DNA of 64,000 nucleotides from Octopus vulgaris (lineage: Eukaryota). Below, in pieces: positions 12,720-28,058 of this stretch. The stretch lies in NCBI GenBank assembly GCA_951406725.2, contig OX597833.1:40610001-40674000 (forward strand). The letters are read 5' to 3'. A program made the translations under genes and the position numbers. The notes beneath the pieces are model-generated. The model was given only the letters and a program-made list of their open reading frames with translations. It was not told where the DNA came from and did not search any database. Each line of letters begins with the position of its first letter. Position 1 is the stretch's first letter.

Positions 12720-13275
12720 ATTTTTTTTTTATGGCTGCCCCCTCATTATCGAGTATGGCCATTGCACGAAGCTTAACTGTTACTGCTGCTGTGATCGAAT
12801 GTGACTTTTTAACCCAGCCAAAGATCTACAATGTCTTGTACAGAATTGGCAGCTAAAACCTTTACCGGTAATAGCCGGCTGTAGTTGTAACTGGGCTTCA
12901 TGTACCTTTGCATGTCGTTTAAGTCCTCCTGCTGTATTACACTCTCTTCCTCATGCCTGACAGATATGATTAGTATGGTGTGTTACACCACCACCAGTGG
13001 CCAGGTTGTCACTCATCTGTCTCGTTTTATGACTACGAAGATGACTCTTGAGTCCAGCTTTACTGAGGCAGGGTCTTGCACAGACACTGCATGTCAGCAT
13101 CATAGGAAGATCCTTCCCATCTGGAAGTGTAACAGCGATGCCCTTCCTGACATCCCTCCTTACTTTCTCATGTGCAACTCGAGATTTCTCAAAAGTGGCT
13201 GTCCCCTCATGCACAATCCTTGTCCACCTGCTACGATCAATAGCTATGCCTTCACATGTGTCAGGAGAGATACAT
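12720..13275 (-). mobile_element. RTE-clade LINE 3' end (C-terminal C2H2-like finger plus 3' UTR)
   Basis: AIDRSRWTRIVHEG...CSVCARPCLSKAGLKSHLRSH in ORF 12951..13364, with an A-rich end at ~12720. Confidence 0.75.
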
Positions 13276-13341
13276 AATACATACATACATACATACATAC
13301 ATACAATGCATACATACATACATACATACATACATACAATG

Positions 13342-13375
<34 letters not shown>

Positions 13376-13606
13376 TATTTAGATATCTATATAGGGTTGT
13401 AAATTTTTACAAATTTCACTACCAATGGCCCAGCATGTATAAAAAGTCAATAGATGGCATATTATTCAATATAAAATAGTGTACATCTAAGCAAAAAGAG
13501 AAATTACCTAGGAATTTTTGTGGTTTTTGGTCATTTTGACTGTCTCCTAGCATGTAGAGATTGCCTGTTATAGGTAATTTTGCTTTGTGTTTAAATGTAT
13601 ACTATT

Positions 13607-13639
<33 letters not shown>

Positions 13640-14647
13640 GGTGTAGCTTTGTTATAAGAAGTTTGCTGCCCAACTACATGGGCTTATGTTCTGTCCCAAT
13701 GTGTGGTAACGTGGACAAATGTCTTTCTCTATAGTTTCAGGCCTTGTGTGAGGATTTTATGGATGGAAACTGAAAGAAACCTATCGCAAATGAATATATA
13801 TAGTATTTATACAAATGTATGTGTGTATGTTATTATATTCTAGCCTTGACATTGCATGATAGTTGTAAACAAGTGTTACCCTCAGGAGAGCCGTGTTGTT
13901 TGTTTCCAATCTTCCATAAAAACATGTCTTATCATGGGGAAATGTTACCTGACTTGGAAACAAGTGAGAGTTTGCAACGGGAAGGGCATCCATCTATAGA
14001 AAATCTTCCTCAACAACTTCTATGTGACCCGCGGAACCTTAACCACATATAACCCCAGGGGTTCCTTAAAAGATTTTTGGGGGCCTTTAAGTGATGGTGA
14101 TGGTGATAATGATGATGATGTGTTTTTTTTCCACAAATTATATCTAGGTGTGGCTGTGTGGTAAGAAATTTGTTTCCTAGTCACATGGTTCCAGGTTCAG
14201 TCCCACCATGAGCTAGTGTTTTCTATTATAGCCCTGAGCTGATAAAAAATCTGAATGGATTTAGTAGACGGAAACTGAAAAAAGCCAGTTGTGTGTGTGT
14301 GTGTGTGTGTGTGTGCATGTGTGTGTGCATGTATGTATGCATGTATATATCTATGTATGTGAGTCTTTATGTGTGTTCCCTTCGTCACTTGTCAACCAGG
14401 GTTGGATTTTTTTTATGTCCCCATAACTTAGTGGTTCAATAAAAAGGAACTAATAAAGTAAGTACAGGCTTAAAAAATAAGTACTGGTATCAATCTGTTT
14501 GACCAAAAAAGAAAAAAAAAACTTCCAAGGCAGTGCCCCAGCTTGGCCACAATCCAATGACTGAAACAAGTGAAAGATAAAAAAATAAAAGGTGTTTTGT
14601 TGAGTCAAAAACAAACTAATATTAAAGAAAACAAAATATATTCACAC

Positions 14648-14724
14648 CTGTGTTGTCTGGATTAATTATAGATGTTTGTTGTCCATCCATTTTAATGACG
14701 AGTTTTGCTTGACGGTCCAGCTCC
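14648..14724 (-). CDS. KIF28P: Kinesin-3 (KIF28P-like) exon 3: ELDRQAKLVIKMDGQQTSIINPDNT
   Basis: cttattcttgcag|77 nt|gtgtga. It is in frame with exons 2 and 4 and matches the kinesin-3 REx..xxIxMxGxxTxIxNP pattern. Confidence 0.9.
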
Positions 14725-17700
14725 CTGCAAGAATAAGATGTAAATGAAAAATCATAGATTACTATTTAATTGTAGGTGTAGGAGTGGCTGTGTGGTAAGT
14801 AGTTTGCATTTGAACCACATGGTTCCGGGTTAAGTCCCACTGCGTGGCACCTTGGGCAAGTATCTTCTACTATAGCCTCGGGCTGACCAAAGCCTTGTGA
14901 ATGGATTTGGTAGATGGAAACTGAAAGAAGCCCGTCGTATATATATATATATATATATATACATATATGTATGTATGTATGTGTGTATGTGCTTGTGTGT
15001 CTGTGTCTGTCCCCCCAGCATCGCTTGACAACCGATGCTGGTGTGTTTACGTCCTCGTAACTTAGTGGTTTGGCAAAAGGAACCGATAGAGTAAGTACTA
15101 GGCTTACAAAGAATAAGTCCTGGGGTCGATTTGCTTGACTAAAGGCAGTGCTCCAGCATGACAACAGTCAAATGACTGAAACAAGTAAAAGAGTAATAGA
15201 ACAACCTTTTTGTTGTTTTTAATATGGCTTAGCCAGAAGAGGGACGGGAGTTGGACATGACCTTTTTCACTAATTCTGAGACTAGAGAGAGGAGACCTGA
15301 GCCTTTGCTTGGATGCTTGTAGTTGATTGGACTCCACTAAAGCACTCAAGGACAAGTTGGTGATGTTTAACCCTTCAGTATTCAGGTTATTCTGTCAAAA
15401 GTAATGCTTATTTATTCACGGTGTTTTGGATTAATCATGTATTATCTTGTAGAATCAAAACTTCCCTGATGTGGTTCTTTATTCTTATAATGACATTGTA
15501 GGGTTGGTGTGAGAGGCCAGGTCTGGCCACTTTCAACATAAAACAGATAAAATATTTGGGCTAGATATGGTCGGTAATTAGGTTACAAATTGTCCACCTC
15601 CCACAAAACAGAAATGATTCCACAGAAGAGATTCTATACAGTTCCTTTTGACCAAATTTCTATAATAATAAACACAAAATTCTGTTTGTCCATCCATCTG
15701 GGACCCATGTGTCTCAGTCTACATTTGCTCCACATAGCCATATTATACCTTTTTGGAATCAGGATTATCTCAGAATTAAAAATCTGTCCTTCATTTGGTT
15801 CTTGAACATCCAGCATTGGGATCAGGTCTCGATGAGGATTTGTTATATGCTAACAGTTGAAAATTCAAATTTTAAAAGAACTCCCAAAATTTGTCAACTA
15901 ACAAGTATTTCACTTAAACCTAATTTAAAGTAATGTTTTTTGGCAGGGCACCAATAAATGCTTTATTATTATTGCTCCACCTAGTTTGGGGCTGCAGGCC
16001 CAATTAGTTCTCCACTGGAACTAACTTAGAAGTTTGCATGGAGGGTGGCTTTTAAACTACTCATTCATAAAGCTTTAATTGACATGAGGCTATGATAAAA
16101 AGAAACCCAGAACAATGCATTTCAAGTTACTATGTAGGAGGATTGAACCTGAAACCATATGGTTGTGAAGCAAACTTCTAAACCACACTACTATCTGTAT
16201 CCTCTCTTAACCACACAACCAAGCTTTCATCAAAAAGTGGGGTTGTGACAAATTTTGTTTTAGTAATTACAAGTTTATTAAAGAACATATTACTTAAAAA
16301 AAAAAGAAGTGGTTTTTGGGAAAGTAGAGTCTTACAGTTTGACAGAAAATGATTTTTTCGACCAATGAAAGGTTCAATTTGAAGCATTGCTCAGACATAG
16401 TGCTATCTAGAATCACATAGAACAATGTGACCTCCCTTTCTCCCTTTTTTTGATGGAAAGCATGATTTAAGGGAGATTTGGCTGCTATTTCAAGAAGGAT
16501 AAGTAACTGCACAAGAGGTTCCCTCATTTGCATGTAGTAGTAGTAGTTGTTGTTGTTACCATTATTGTTGCTTTTGCTTAGGTAAGGCATACAAAATTAT
16601 ACCAACTCTAGATTGATTTGATGCCGATACAGAGGATTGATTTTGCTATTCATTCAGTAAGTCATCACAGAAAGCAAACACTCTTCATCTACCCAGGAAA
16701 AAGTGAAAGTTCATATTGCAGATGTTTAGCAATCCTCATAATATTTCTGGCAGCCACTTCACATACTTAACATTACTAAGACAGCAGCTTAATGTTTAGC
16801 TTTTCTTTTCTTTTCAAGAAATACTGTTGCTCTGATTTGTTGCTCACCCTCCATGAAGCTGAAGACCCCTAATGTAGTTGTGCTTCCATATATGGGAAAG
16901 TACAGTTGTATGCACAAAAACAAGCTTGACCCCATCCAAAAGAAAGGCCACTTGAAAGACTGGAAAAATAATGGTCTTCAGACCTGCCATTGCATTCCTC
17001 TGACTATTTAATTATTGCAGCAAAGGCCTCTGCTCTTCTGTTCTAGCTAGACACCTCACATATTCTAACACATTTGGTTGAAACAATTACATTATCTGAG
17101 CCACAAACTGTAAATAAGTACCATGATTAGGTTTATAGAAGAGCACCAGTGGCAGAGTAAGTGACTGGGTCCTGTACAGTCATCCAAAAGTGCAGTAGTT
17201 TCTGTTTTGTTATTACTGTCACCATATTGCGTCCAAGACCAAATTACTCAACTCTCAAGAGGACAGGAACAAGTCACTGCTCCAAACAGCTGCAACATCA
17301 GGAAACTGACATCTGATATTCTATCTCAAACTTCTAGGTTCAATTTCCTTTGGAGAAAATGCAACCTGCAGGAGACTGTAGTTTGAAACAAGAGAGAAGA
17401 GTTAACTATAATCAGTGTAATGCTATAATAACTGGAGATAAGCAGCAGCCCCATGAATCCTATTAAATTTGAAAAAAACAAAGGACTTGTATTAGATCAA
17501 TGTAGACTAGAAAATTTCCTATGAACCTGAGATTTGACAGCTTCTCTTCAAGCAACACTATTTCAAATAGGTTTATTGCAAGGGTCACCCCCAAAAAACA
17601 GAAAATGGCTAACTTTTATCTAGAATACCTATGAACTTGTGGTCTTGATAGAAATGCTTTGACAGTGGTCCTTGTTTCAAACATTTCTATCACAAAGTTG

Positions 17701-17839
17701 ATGCCATATCTATATACTCAGTCATATAACATTGCTAGGTACGGTAATGCATAGACATATTTTAATGGTCATAGATTAAGTGTAATAGCCTGCCACTATT
17801 TTTAATACAGCATGAAACAGTTGACATGGAGTTACTTAC

Positions 17840-17878
17840 CGTTGGTTGAATGGGCGGACACGTACCGCAACTTTCACC
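17840..17878 (-). CDS. KIF28P: Kinesin-3 (KIF28P-like) exon 2: VKVAVRVRPFNQR
   Basis: tttcctcttttacag|G GTG AAA GTT GCG GTA CGT GTC CGC CCA TTC AAC CAA CG|gtaagt. This is the kinesin motor beta-1 motif VxVxVRxRP. Confidence 0.93.
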
Positions 17879-17899
17879 CTGTAAAAGAGGAAATATTTG

Positions 17900-17964
<65 letters not shown>

Positions 17965-17974
17965 TAATAATGAT

Positions 17975-18283
17975 AATAATAAGGAAGAAAGAAAAGTCGA
18001 TAGATATGACAGGTTAGCTTGGGAGGTTAAGCAGTTGTGGTCGATGAAAAAGGTGATAGTAGTACTAATAATTGTCAGAACAGTGGGTAAAAATCTTGAG
18101 AAGTACATGGCATGTATAGGGGATGCAATAAGGGTGGAGCATTTGAAGAAAACAGCACTGCTTGGAACTGCTTGAATACTCCGGATGGTGCTCAAAAAAT
18201 AAGGGATGTTACCTTAGTTCACCGGTAGTGAACAGCAGGCACTATAGTACATCTCCAGCATTAGAAGCTGTGCAAAGACAATA

Positions 18284-18348
<65 letters not shown>

Positions 18349-20372
18349 CAACAACAACAACAACAACAAATTGATTATAGCCACTCAGCAAAAAGACATT
18401 AGAATGAATTTGATAAAGATGAAGATTGATAAAACTTAGCCACAGAGCAACTGCAGAATCTCTGGAGACAGAAACAAAAGTATTAATTATCTCCTAAGTG
18501 ACTGCAGTAAGCTAGCACAAAAAGAGTATAAGTGCATGCATCACTGCTTCACTAAAAGAGTGTATTGGGATGTCAGCCAAGTTTGTGAATACAACATGAG
18601 GGATAAGTGATATGAACACAAGCCAGAGGCAATCGTGATGAATGATAATGACAGGATTTTATGGGATTTTTTAATTGCAACTGACCAGTTTATTGAAACA
18701 AAGTGACTTGATATGATAAGGTATACTATAGATGAGTTAGATTAATAGTGAAAACAGAGCTCAATGCGAAAAACAAGATAATAGGTATCAACACTCTAGC
18801 TGTCCCAGTTATAAGTTACAGCTACAATGTTCTTAACTGGACTCTAAATGAACTAATCAAAATAGACGGGAAAACAAGAAAAATAATGACAAGATTTAGG
18901 ATGCACCACCCAAAAATCTGACATAGAAAGGCTATATATACAACATATCAAAGGTGGTAGAGTCTTTATACAGCTAGAAAACTATTACATAATAACCACC
19001 ATAGGACTACAGAAATACCTACTTCAGAAGCAAAGAAAACTAATACAAATAACCACAAAATACGAACAAAACAAAAAACTGTTTTTAGTCTTTAAGGAAG
19101 CTGATAAATACGAAAAAGAAGTCATAGTACCTAACAACTATGAAGAAAAAGAAGAAACAACAAAAGCTATAAAACAACTGAAATCCAAACTAAATCTGGA
19201 ACAGCAACGCATCATGATAAAACAATGGCAAGAAAAGCCCCTACATAGCAAATATTGGGTTAAGCTAAACAGAAAAGAAATAAACAAAGCAAAATGCCAA
19301 CAATGGCTGAGAAGCTCAGGACTCAAAGCAGAAACTGAAGGATTTTTAATTGCAGCACAAGATCAAAGCCTTCCCACCAGAAATCACCAAAAACACATAA
19401 TGTAAAGAAATACAAGTAACTGCAGAATATGTGGTGATGAAGAAGAAACAATAAATCATATTGTCTCTGGCTGCAGTCCAGGCTAAGAAGGAATATATTC
19501 ACAGACATGACAGAGCTGGGACCAATATACACTGAAAGCTATGCCAACACTATGGAATAACAACAGAAAAAAGATAGTACAGGCACACCCCAGAAAAGGT
19601 CACAGAAAATACGAATGCAGCCATACTCTAGGATATGCCAATACACACAGTTAGAGAAATTAAGGCCAACGGGCCAGATACAGTTGTCAGAGATCACCAA
19701 GAAAAAAATGCTTTCTAATCAATATATCAATACCAACAGAAAACAATGTTTCTCTAAAAGAAATGGAGAAACTTTCAAAATACAAAGATTTGGAAATAGA
19801 AGTAACTCGAATGTGGAACCTAAAAACAGAAACAATTCCTATTATACTGTTCTATATTTAAGAGATGAAGAATTATGCACATTATTTACATTATTTAGAA
19901 TTGACGGATATTTGTCCTCATCTTGTTTGTTGTTAACACGTTTCAGCTAATATACCCTCCAGCCTTCATCAGGTGTCTTGGGGAAATTTCGAAGGTATTT
20001 TTCAATGTTGTTGTTGCTATTATTATTATTAATTATTATTATTATTATTATTATTCAGGTCACTGCCTGGAATCGAACTCAGAATCTTAGGGTTAGTAGC
20101 CCACATTCTTAACCACTACGCCATATGCCCATGGGCACATTAGGTATGACAAAATAACATTCAGACAAATACATAACAAAAACACCAGGAATAACAAATA
20201 TATATGACATACAGAAAATAGCACTACTAGGCACCACACATATCCTATGTAAAACACTTTCAATACAGTGAAAATAAGAGCACCACAACAAACCATAGCA
20301 CAAATCCAAGGTACACAGAGCTGCACTTGGTAGTGCAGTGAAAGCATATGATAAAAATAAGACTACTGAATG
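17975..20372 (+). mobile_element. Cluster of 5'-truncated R4/Dong-like (RLE-type) LINE fragments inserted in (TAA)n
   Basis: [42 protein letters not shown] and IHRHD zinc-knuckle region, and QKIALLGT / KKTALLGTA C-termini. (TAA)n tracts lie at 17902-17980, 18284-18345 and 20372. Confidence 0.8.
19846..20128 (-). mobile_element. SINE family D (tRNA head + (TAA)n + hammerhead-like tail), nested in the Dong-like LINE
   Basis: It is the reverse-complement homolog of 34207-34471 and interrupts the host reading TIPII|..GTLGM. Confidence 0.8.
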
Positions 20373-22281
20373 ATAATAATAATGATAATAACAATAACAA
20401 CAACAGCAACAACAATATGTAACAATAAAGTATCAACAAGAAAAGGTCTCCTGTAGGAGAAAATCATTTACAGTAATTCAAAGCATCCAATGTAAAGCTG
20501 ATGCATCAAAGGTAAAGGTATTCCCCCCAGTTTTTGTTGCCTAATTAAAGTCACTAAACAGAGAAAGCCCATTTAGTCTTGTCAGTTGGCACTCACATGC
20601 ACCTATCATAAAACACATAAAAGAGTATCATCTTTCTCTCTAATGCTATCCTTCTCTTTATGTGGTACTTAAAGATGATAAAGGCTTGAACAGAGAGGAA
20701 AATATCTGTCTTCAAACTTTTGAACCCTTTCATTACTGTATTTATTTTGAGATGCTCTGTGTTTCTTTCAATTACTTTTAAATATAACAACGATTTTAGA
20801 AAAATAACTTAGTTATCATTCAGCTAGTGTTAGGAACATAAACTGTGACTAAGGTTTGGTGGAAGATTTCAATTCAGAACTTTTGAAAGCAAGACATTTG
20901 TACTCAGAGCCAGAGCCAGTTTCAGCCGGGTTGGTAACAAAAGGGTTAATCATATCCCTCATATAACACATCTTTCACCATAGCTACCAGGCAGAGGAAG
21001 ACTTAGTAGTTTTTCTTTCCAAAGGAAGATGGTGAGTTAACCTTCCTAACAGACTCAGATGATAGCTTGATTCACCCTACGAGGTACACAATCTCACAAA
21101 TTAGAAATGTATAACTATGAGCAGGGCTGTTCCATCATTCTGATTGCATTTTAGATAGGGCCCAACTTATGGCACTTCTGTACCTGTAGAATTTGTCTCA
21201 AACAGTTGATGTAGGACAGTCAGACTAAGGAGATTGTTCAAAATCCCCAACCCAAAAGTCCTCCAGAAATGGCTACTTAGACTGCCTTCTATGATGTACA
21301 GAATCATTTGCAGGCCATCGATGCTAACACTCTCCATCTGGCACAATTCCAGATGTCAACATTGGTCTGCATTTGACCTGGGATTGCAGGAACAAACTGC
21401 AGAAAGACATTTTTCATGGACACTTAGTAGTTGTCACCATTATGGAACCCCTTTTGAAAATGTGTTAGTCTCAGCAGCACTTGCCTGTACACCATCAGCC
21501 ACAACATTCTGAAAGCCCCAGTGGAGTTGTTGCTAGCATGAGATGGATATCCTGATCAGATGTTTCCTGGGATAAGACATGATAGCCAGGCAGTGGTATA
21601 TCATCAAAACAATATTAACCCTTTTGTTACTGTATTTATTTTGAGATGCTCTGTGTTTCTTTCAATTACTTTAAATATAACAAAGAATTTAATAAAATAA
21701 CATAGTTATCATCTAGTTACTGTTAGGAACATAAATTGTGACTAAGGTTTGGTGGAAGATTTTAATTCAAAACTTATGAAAACAATACATTTGTACTCAG
21801 ATCCAGAGCTGGTTTCAGCCAGGTTGGTAACGAAAGGGTTAAAGTTAGGTAATATTGCCTGGCTTTCCAGGTACAGTTTCCTCTCAGCAAATTTCTGAGT
21901 GAGGTTTGCTATCTTGCTCATCACCTTTCCATCTAGAAGTCCAATCTGAACCAGACTTTGAGCAATTTTCCCAAACTTTTTAATGCTGAATATAACAGTG
22001 TAATGAACCTGAAGTTATCAATTATGTATTCCATGTTAGGTCTTTGATAATATATTATGCAACAACAAAGCAAAACTGATGTAAACTACAAATATTCTAT
22101 GCTCACAAAAAGATAATGCTGCTCACACTTCAGAAACGTAGAGCTATATCTGGTTATACAGTGGGACTTTAAAGTTAGCCACAGCAGAATTTGAACTCCT
22201 TCTCCTCCTCCTCTTCCAGCATACACTATCAACAACTCCATCACTGTCAATGACGTTATCACATATGTGTGTGTGCATGTG

Positions 22282-22325
<44 letters not shown>

Positions 22326-23381
22326 TGTGTTGATATAAATATGTGCAAGGACATCTGTGTATTTTACCAATGGAGTGAATGAATTGAAAACATATTATCT
22401 CAGCAATGACAGGAAAAGCAACTAAATGTGAAGTATAATGAAATATTAATTTATCATGCACACACAGGTACACACGCCGGTACACACACAAGTACACACA
22501 CACACATACACGCACATATATACATGTGAGCATGTATGTGTGTATATGTTTGTATATGTGTGTGTGTGTGTGTATGTCTGCATATATGAATACACACACA
22601 CACAGACACACACACACACACATATATATACACACACAAATACATTTGCATGTATATGTATGTATGTATATGTGTGTGTGTGTGTGTGTGTGTATGAATG
22701 TTGACATTTAGGACAAATGACTAAAACCACAACTCTAGGGGCCATAACTTTAATGGGCTTAAGAGCCAGCCTTGCTTGTTTTGACTGATTTCTTTTTATC
22801 ATCCCTGACTTTAGTTGAGATTTTTTCTACATTGCTATTACTCTTTAAAAAGGACATGGGGGTTTTCAGACCTCCAGTAAATAAAAAAATAGAGAGCTCA
22901 AGCTATGCTATTTCATTCAGCCATATCTGATGAATATTAATTTTACCTTTCTATGCTTGGAAGGTTCTTTAACATTAGGTGATATGAATCAGCAGTTATG
23001 AGACTAAATTAATCATCCTTTTTACTAAAGGCACAAGGCCTGAAATTTTGGTGTGGGGGTTAGTCGATTACATCAACCCCAGTACATAACTGGTACTTAT
23101 TTCTTCAATCCTGCAAGGGTGAAAGACAAAGTTGACTTCAGTGGAATTTGAACTCCAAAAGCAAAGATAGATGAAACTCCACTAAGCATTTTGCCAGATA
23201 GTCACCTTAGACTAAATTATTGATACAGTATATATAATGTGTGTGTATGTGTGTGTGTGTAAGTATGTATAGATGTATAGATACAAACATTAAAGACAGA
23301 AAGACAGAGTGGATGAGCTAGAGAAGAAAGGAATTATTAAGAGAGAGTAGAGCAGTGAGTGGGGACAGACACAGACACACA

Positions 23382-23433
<52 letters not shown>

Positions 23434-23446
23434 TATACATATTTAC

Positions 23447-23478
<32 letters not shown>

Positions 23479-24386
23479 GTGTGTGTCTGTGTGGAATAAT
23501 AAACTTTCCTCTAACTTGATCACCATCCTGCCCTCTCCACATGATTCCTTATCATAGCAATCATTTTAATTCCAGCTGGTGACCAGAAATCAATATATGT
23601 TTGTAATTGAAGTAGTTAATATGGAACCTGGTTATTAGATAAGGTTCCAGCATTTGGTAAGAAGAGAGCAAATGTCTGTGTGTGTGTCTGTGTGCATGTC
23701 TGTATGTTTGTATGTTTGTATGATTGTGGGTGTTTATATGCTTGTGACTGCATGTATGTACATGTGTATAAGCATATGCATGTGAATGTTTGTGTGTATG
23801 CAAGTCTGTGTATGTATGTATGTATATGTGTGTTTGGTATTGGTGTTGGTGGCGGGGAGCCATAATTAAAAAAGTATTGGATAAACAGCTCCGTGTAATC
23901 ATAGCTTTGGGTAGATGAAGTCAGATGTGTGCAGGTTTTCTTCTAAGTAGAGACCTTGAACACATTTTCCTGTGGTGACATGACAACTGAGTCACATTTA
24001 ACAGTATTACCATACATACATGACATGAGAAGACTGACTCATTCAACACCATACACTCACTACACAAAGAGGCGGTCTTCTCTACCATCACCCAAGTCAA
24101 TGAAGGAGTACCTATGCTGATTTTTATGTCTTTGCAGAAATAACATTCTAGTCTCCCTAAAATTCCAACCTACCCATCTTAAGGCATTGGATAATGTGGC
24201 CCTAAGTATACAATATTTGAAATGAAAAATGGTGTGGCCATAGCTATAATATCTTTGATCATATCGCTTCCCAACCACATGGTTCCAATTTCAGTCCCAC
24301 TGCATGATACATTGGGCAAGTGTCTTCAGCTATAGCCTCTGGCTGACCAAAGCCTTGTGAATGAAGTTGGTAGACAGAAACTGAAA

Positions 24387-24625
24387 GGCGGCGAGCTGGC
24401 AGAAAACGTTAGCACACCGGGTGAAATGCTTAGCAGTATTTCATCTGTCTTTACGTTCTGAGTTCAAATTCAGCTGAGGTCAACTTTGCCTTTCATCTCT
24501 TTGGGGTCGATAAATTAAGTACCAGTTATGCACTGGGGTCGATGTAATCGACTTATTCCCTTTGTTTGTCCTTGTTTGTCCCCTCTATGTTTAGCCCTTT
24601 ATTGGCAATAAAGAAATAAGAAATA
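24387..24625 (+). mobile_element. SINE family B (tRNA-like head, Meta-domain-like body) nested in a family A SINE
   Basis: An 11-12 bp TSD AGAAACTGAAA(G) lies at 24376 and 24626. The body gaggtcgactttgcctttcatcctttcggggtcgat..aagtacc is present in many copies across the window. Confidence 0.85.
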
Positions 24626-25110
24626 AGAAACTGAAAGAAGCCCATTGTATATAAAAATATATATATATATGTAAATGTATATGAAGATGTGTGTGTGCGT
24701 ATGTGTGTGTGCGTATGTGTGTGTGTGTGTGTGTTTCTGTATTTGTTTATTTCGCACAACTGCTTAACAATTGGTATTGGTGTGTTTATATTGCCATAAC
24801 TTAGCAGTTTGACAAAAGAGACCAATGGATTAAGTACCAGACTTTACAAAAAAAAAAAAGAAATAATAAAATAATAAGTACTGGGGTTGATACATTCAGC
24901 TAAAATTCGTCAAGAGGGTACCCTAGCATGGCTACAGTCTAATGAATGAAACAAGTAAAAGATAAAGATAAAAGATAGGTTTGCGTCTGTGCAACCGCCA
25001 GTCTATCGCATGTGGTGGGTGGATCTTCAAGTTGCCACACAATCTTAGTAGCTTAGTGTAGGCTCAAATTAGAGATTATTCTTTGTGGCTAATGGCGTGA
25101 GTCCTGATTG

Positions 25111-25187
25111 GAAGAAGAAGAAGAAGAAGAAGAAGAAGAAGAAGAAGAAGAAGAAGAAGAAGAAGAAGAAGAAGAAGAAGAAGAAGA
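25111..25187. repeat. (GAA)n microsatellite
   Basis: Perfect trinucleotide run, the source of the poly-E/poly-K ORFs. Confidence 0.97.
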
Positions 25188-25332
25188 AAAAAAAGACAAC
25201 AGCAGTAAGCCTAGTACTTATTTTTTTGGTCTCTTTTGCCAAACCGCTAAGTTACGGGGACGTAAACACACCACCATCAGTTGTCAAGTGACATTGGAAG
25301 GAAAAACACAGACACACAAACATATATATACA

Positions 25333-25372
<40 letters not shown>

Positions 25373-27394
25373 CATATATATATGATGGGCTTCTTTCAGT
25401 TTCCGTCTACCAAATTCACTCACAAGGCTTTGGTCGGCCCGAGGCTATAGTAGAAGACACTTGCCTAAGGTGTCACACAGTTGGAATGAACCCGGAACCA
25501 TGTTGTTGGTAAGCAAGCTACTTACCACACAGCCACTCCTGCACCTATATATATATTGTCAGTATCCAGCTATGAAAGCAATTATCTCCTCCTAGTCTTT
25601 GTCATACCATCTCTTTTTCTCTCTTATATATTCACCTGTACACAATCATGCAAATACACATGTGTATTGGCATATACACATATATGTGGGCACACACACG
25701 TGTATGTGGGCACAGACGTATACATGCATATGCACACATACATGTACCATCCACCAATCATGCAATGTTTGTTGTCTTTCCGTTGGTGGTCTGCAAAGAC
25801 ATATGTCAATACATAATATCAGTTGTCATGATTCTCAGAAGAGATATTTATATAATTAATTGTTGTGGAAAGACTGCAGTTCATCTCCTGAGATAAAATG
25901 TCATCTTTGCTTGGCAGTTCTTTTAATAAAGCTATTGTTATATTCATTACTGAGTCAACTTCCGTCACACACTACACTTACACATACACACACATGCACC
26001 TGCATGTGTGCACACACACCTATATACATGTATGTGTATGTAGATTTATATACATGCATATTATCTTATTCTTTTCTTTCTTTCATGTGTTTCAGCCCAA
26101 AGGCTGTGGCCATTCTGGAGCACTGCCAGTACCATTATCTTTTCAATGGCCATTCTCATGGGGTTGACTTTTGGAGAAGGAGGGAGTTTAATATTGCAGC
26201 CCTTTTTCAAGTTTTCTTGCTGTGATGTAGATTCATCTGGGAACTAAGACAGGAGAAGATCAAAGTGCTTCTATCCTCATTCCATGAAGATTCCTCAGGA
26301 TTTTCCGACAAAATATCAAAGAGCTGTGGGATCTTTAACCCCTAAGCTATTGCAGTACCTGGTCATTACTGTAGATGAGAGGAGTTAGGCATTAGAAACA
26401 GTGTGGAGGCATCCTGTTTAGGAGATGGTATAACTCACAGTGCTAAAGTTTGGATAGTGAGTCAGTGATGGTTTTATTCAATTATGAGGGGACAGCCATC
26501 AAATATATATATATAATCATTGTCGTCGTTTAACATCCACTTTCCATGCTGGCATGGGTTGGATGGTTGACTGAGGATTGACAAGCAAGGAGGCTGCACC
26601 AAGCTTCAATCTGATCTGGCAAGGTTTCTACAGCTGGATGCTCTTCCTAACACCAACCCCTCTGAGAGTGTAGTGGGTGCTTTTTACATGCTACCTGCAT
26701 GGGGACCACGGTGGTGGTGGTTGTGGTGGTGTGTGTGTGTGTGTGTGTGTGCACGCATGTGTGTATGTATATATATATATATATATATTAAGTGCTGATC
26801 TTTAACTGTGGAGGAAACCTGTGGAAGAGGTAGACCCAAGAAGACATGGGATGAGGTGGTGAGCATGATATTTGAATTTTATGGCCTCACGGCGGCCTGT
26901 TAAGACCTGCTAAGCTAAATGAAACTGTAGTTATGGCTGATGCTAGTGTCATGTAACAGGTGCCCATGCCAGTGGCACATAGAAAGCACCCTTTGAATGT
27001 TGGGCCTTGTGGAGGTAATGATATGTGACCAAGACCTTTGGTGATACGCCATACTTGAGAAGACTTGTCAAGCAAAGTGGAATCTTAGTTGTGGCCAATG
27101 TTGGTGCCATATAACTGGCACCCATGCCAGTGGCATATAAAAAAAGACTATTTGTTGACATCAGGGAGGAGCATCTAGCCATAGAAACCATGCCAAATCG
27201 GATTGGAACCTGATGTAGCTCTCCAGCTTATCAGTTTCAGTCAAACCATTTAATCCATGCAAACAAGGTAAGTAGGCGCTGAATGACAATGACAACAATG
27301 ATAATGATGATGATACAGGTACAGACGCAGACATATATATACATACACTTATACATATATATACATTCATATGTGTGTATATATGCACATGTGT

Positions 27395-27458
<64 letters not shown>

Positions 27459-27974
27459 ATGGGTGTATAAAATAAATTAGTTGGTTAGAGTCAATAAACC
27501 ACTGAACGGATTACCATGCAGTATTTGTTCCATCTCACTGCACTCTGAGTTAAAGTCCTGCTGAGATAAACTACTTAGTCTTTTGTCCTTTCAGGATAGA
27601 TAGAAAAGAACCAGTCAAAGGGTGGTATGCTGGCAGAACTGTTCAAGTGTCAGATAAAATGTCATGCAATATCTGTTCAGCCACTTTACTACATTTTGAC
27701 AGCAATACCTTTGAAGACTCTGATATCATGCTGTATTGACTTTTAAGATGGCGGCTTTTCTCTTACACAACATCTGTGGCATGGAGAAAGGAGATTTGCA
27801 TGCAAAGGGCATACTCTTTACTTGTTTCAGTCATTTGACTGTGGCCCCTGGACTTACCCTTTGTAAGCCTAGTACTTATTCTATTGGTCTCTTTCGCTGA
27901 ACCGCTAAGTTACGGGGACGTAAACACACCAGCATCGATTGTCAAGAAATGTTGAGGGGACAAACACAGACACA

Positions 27975-28058
<84 letters not shown>

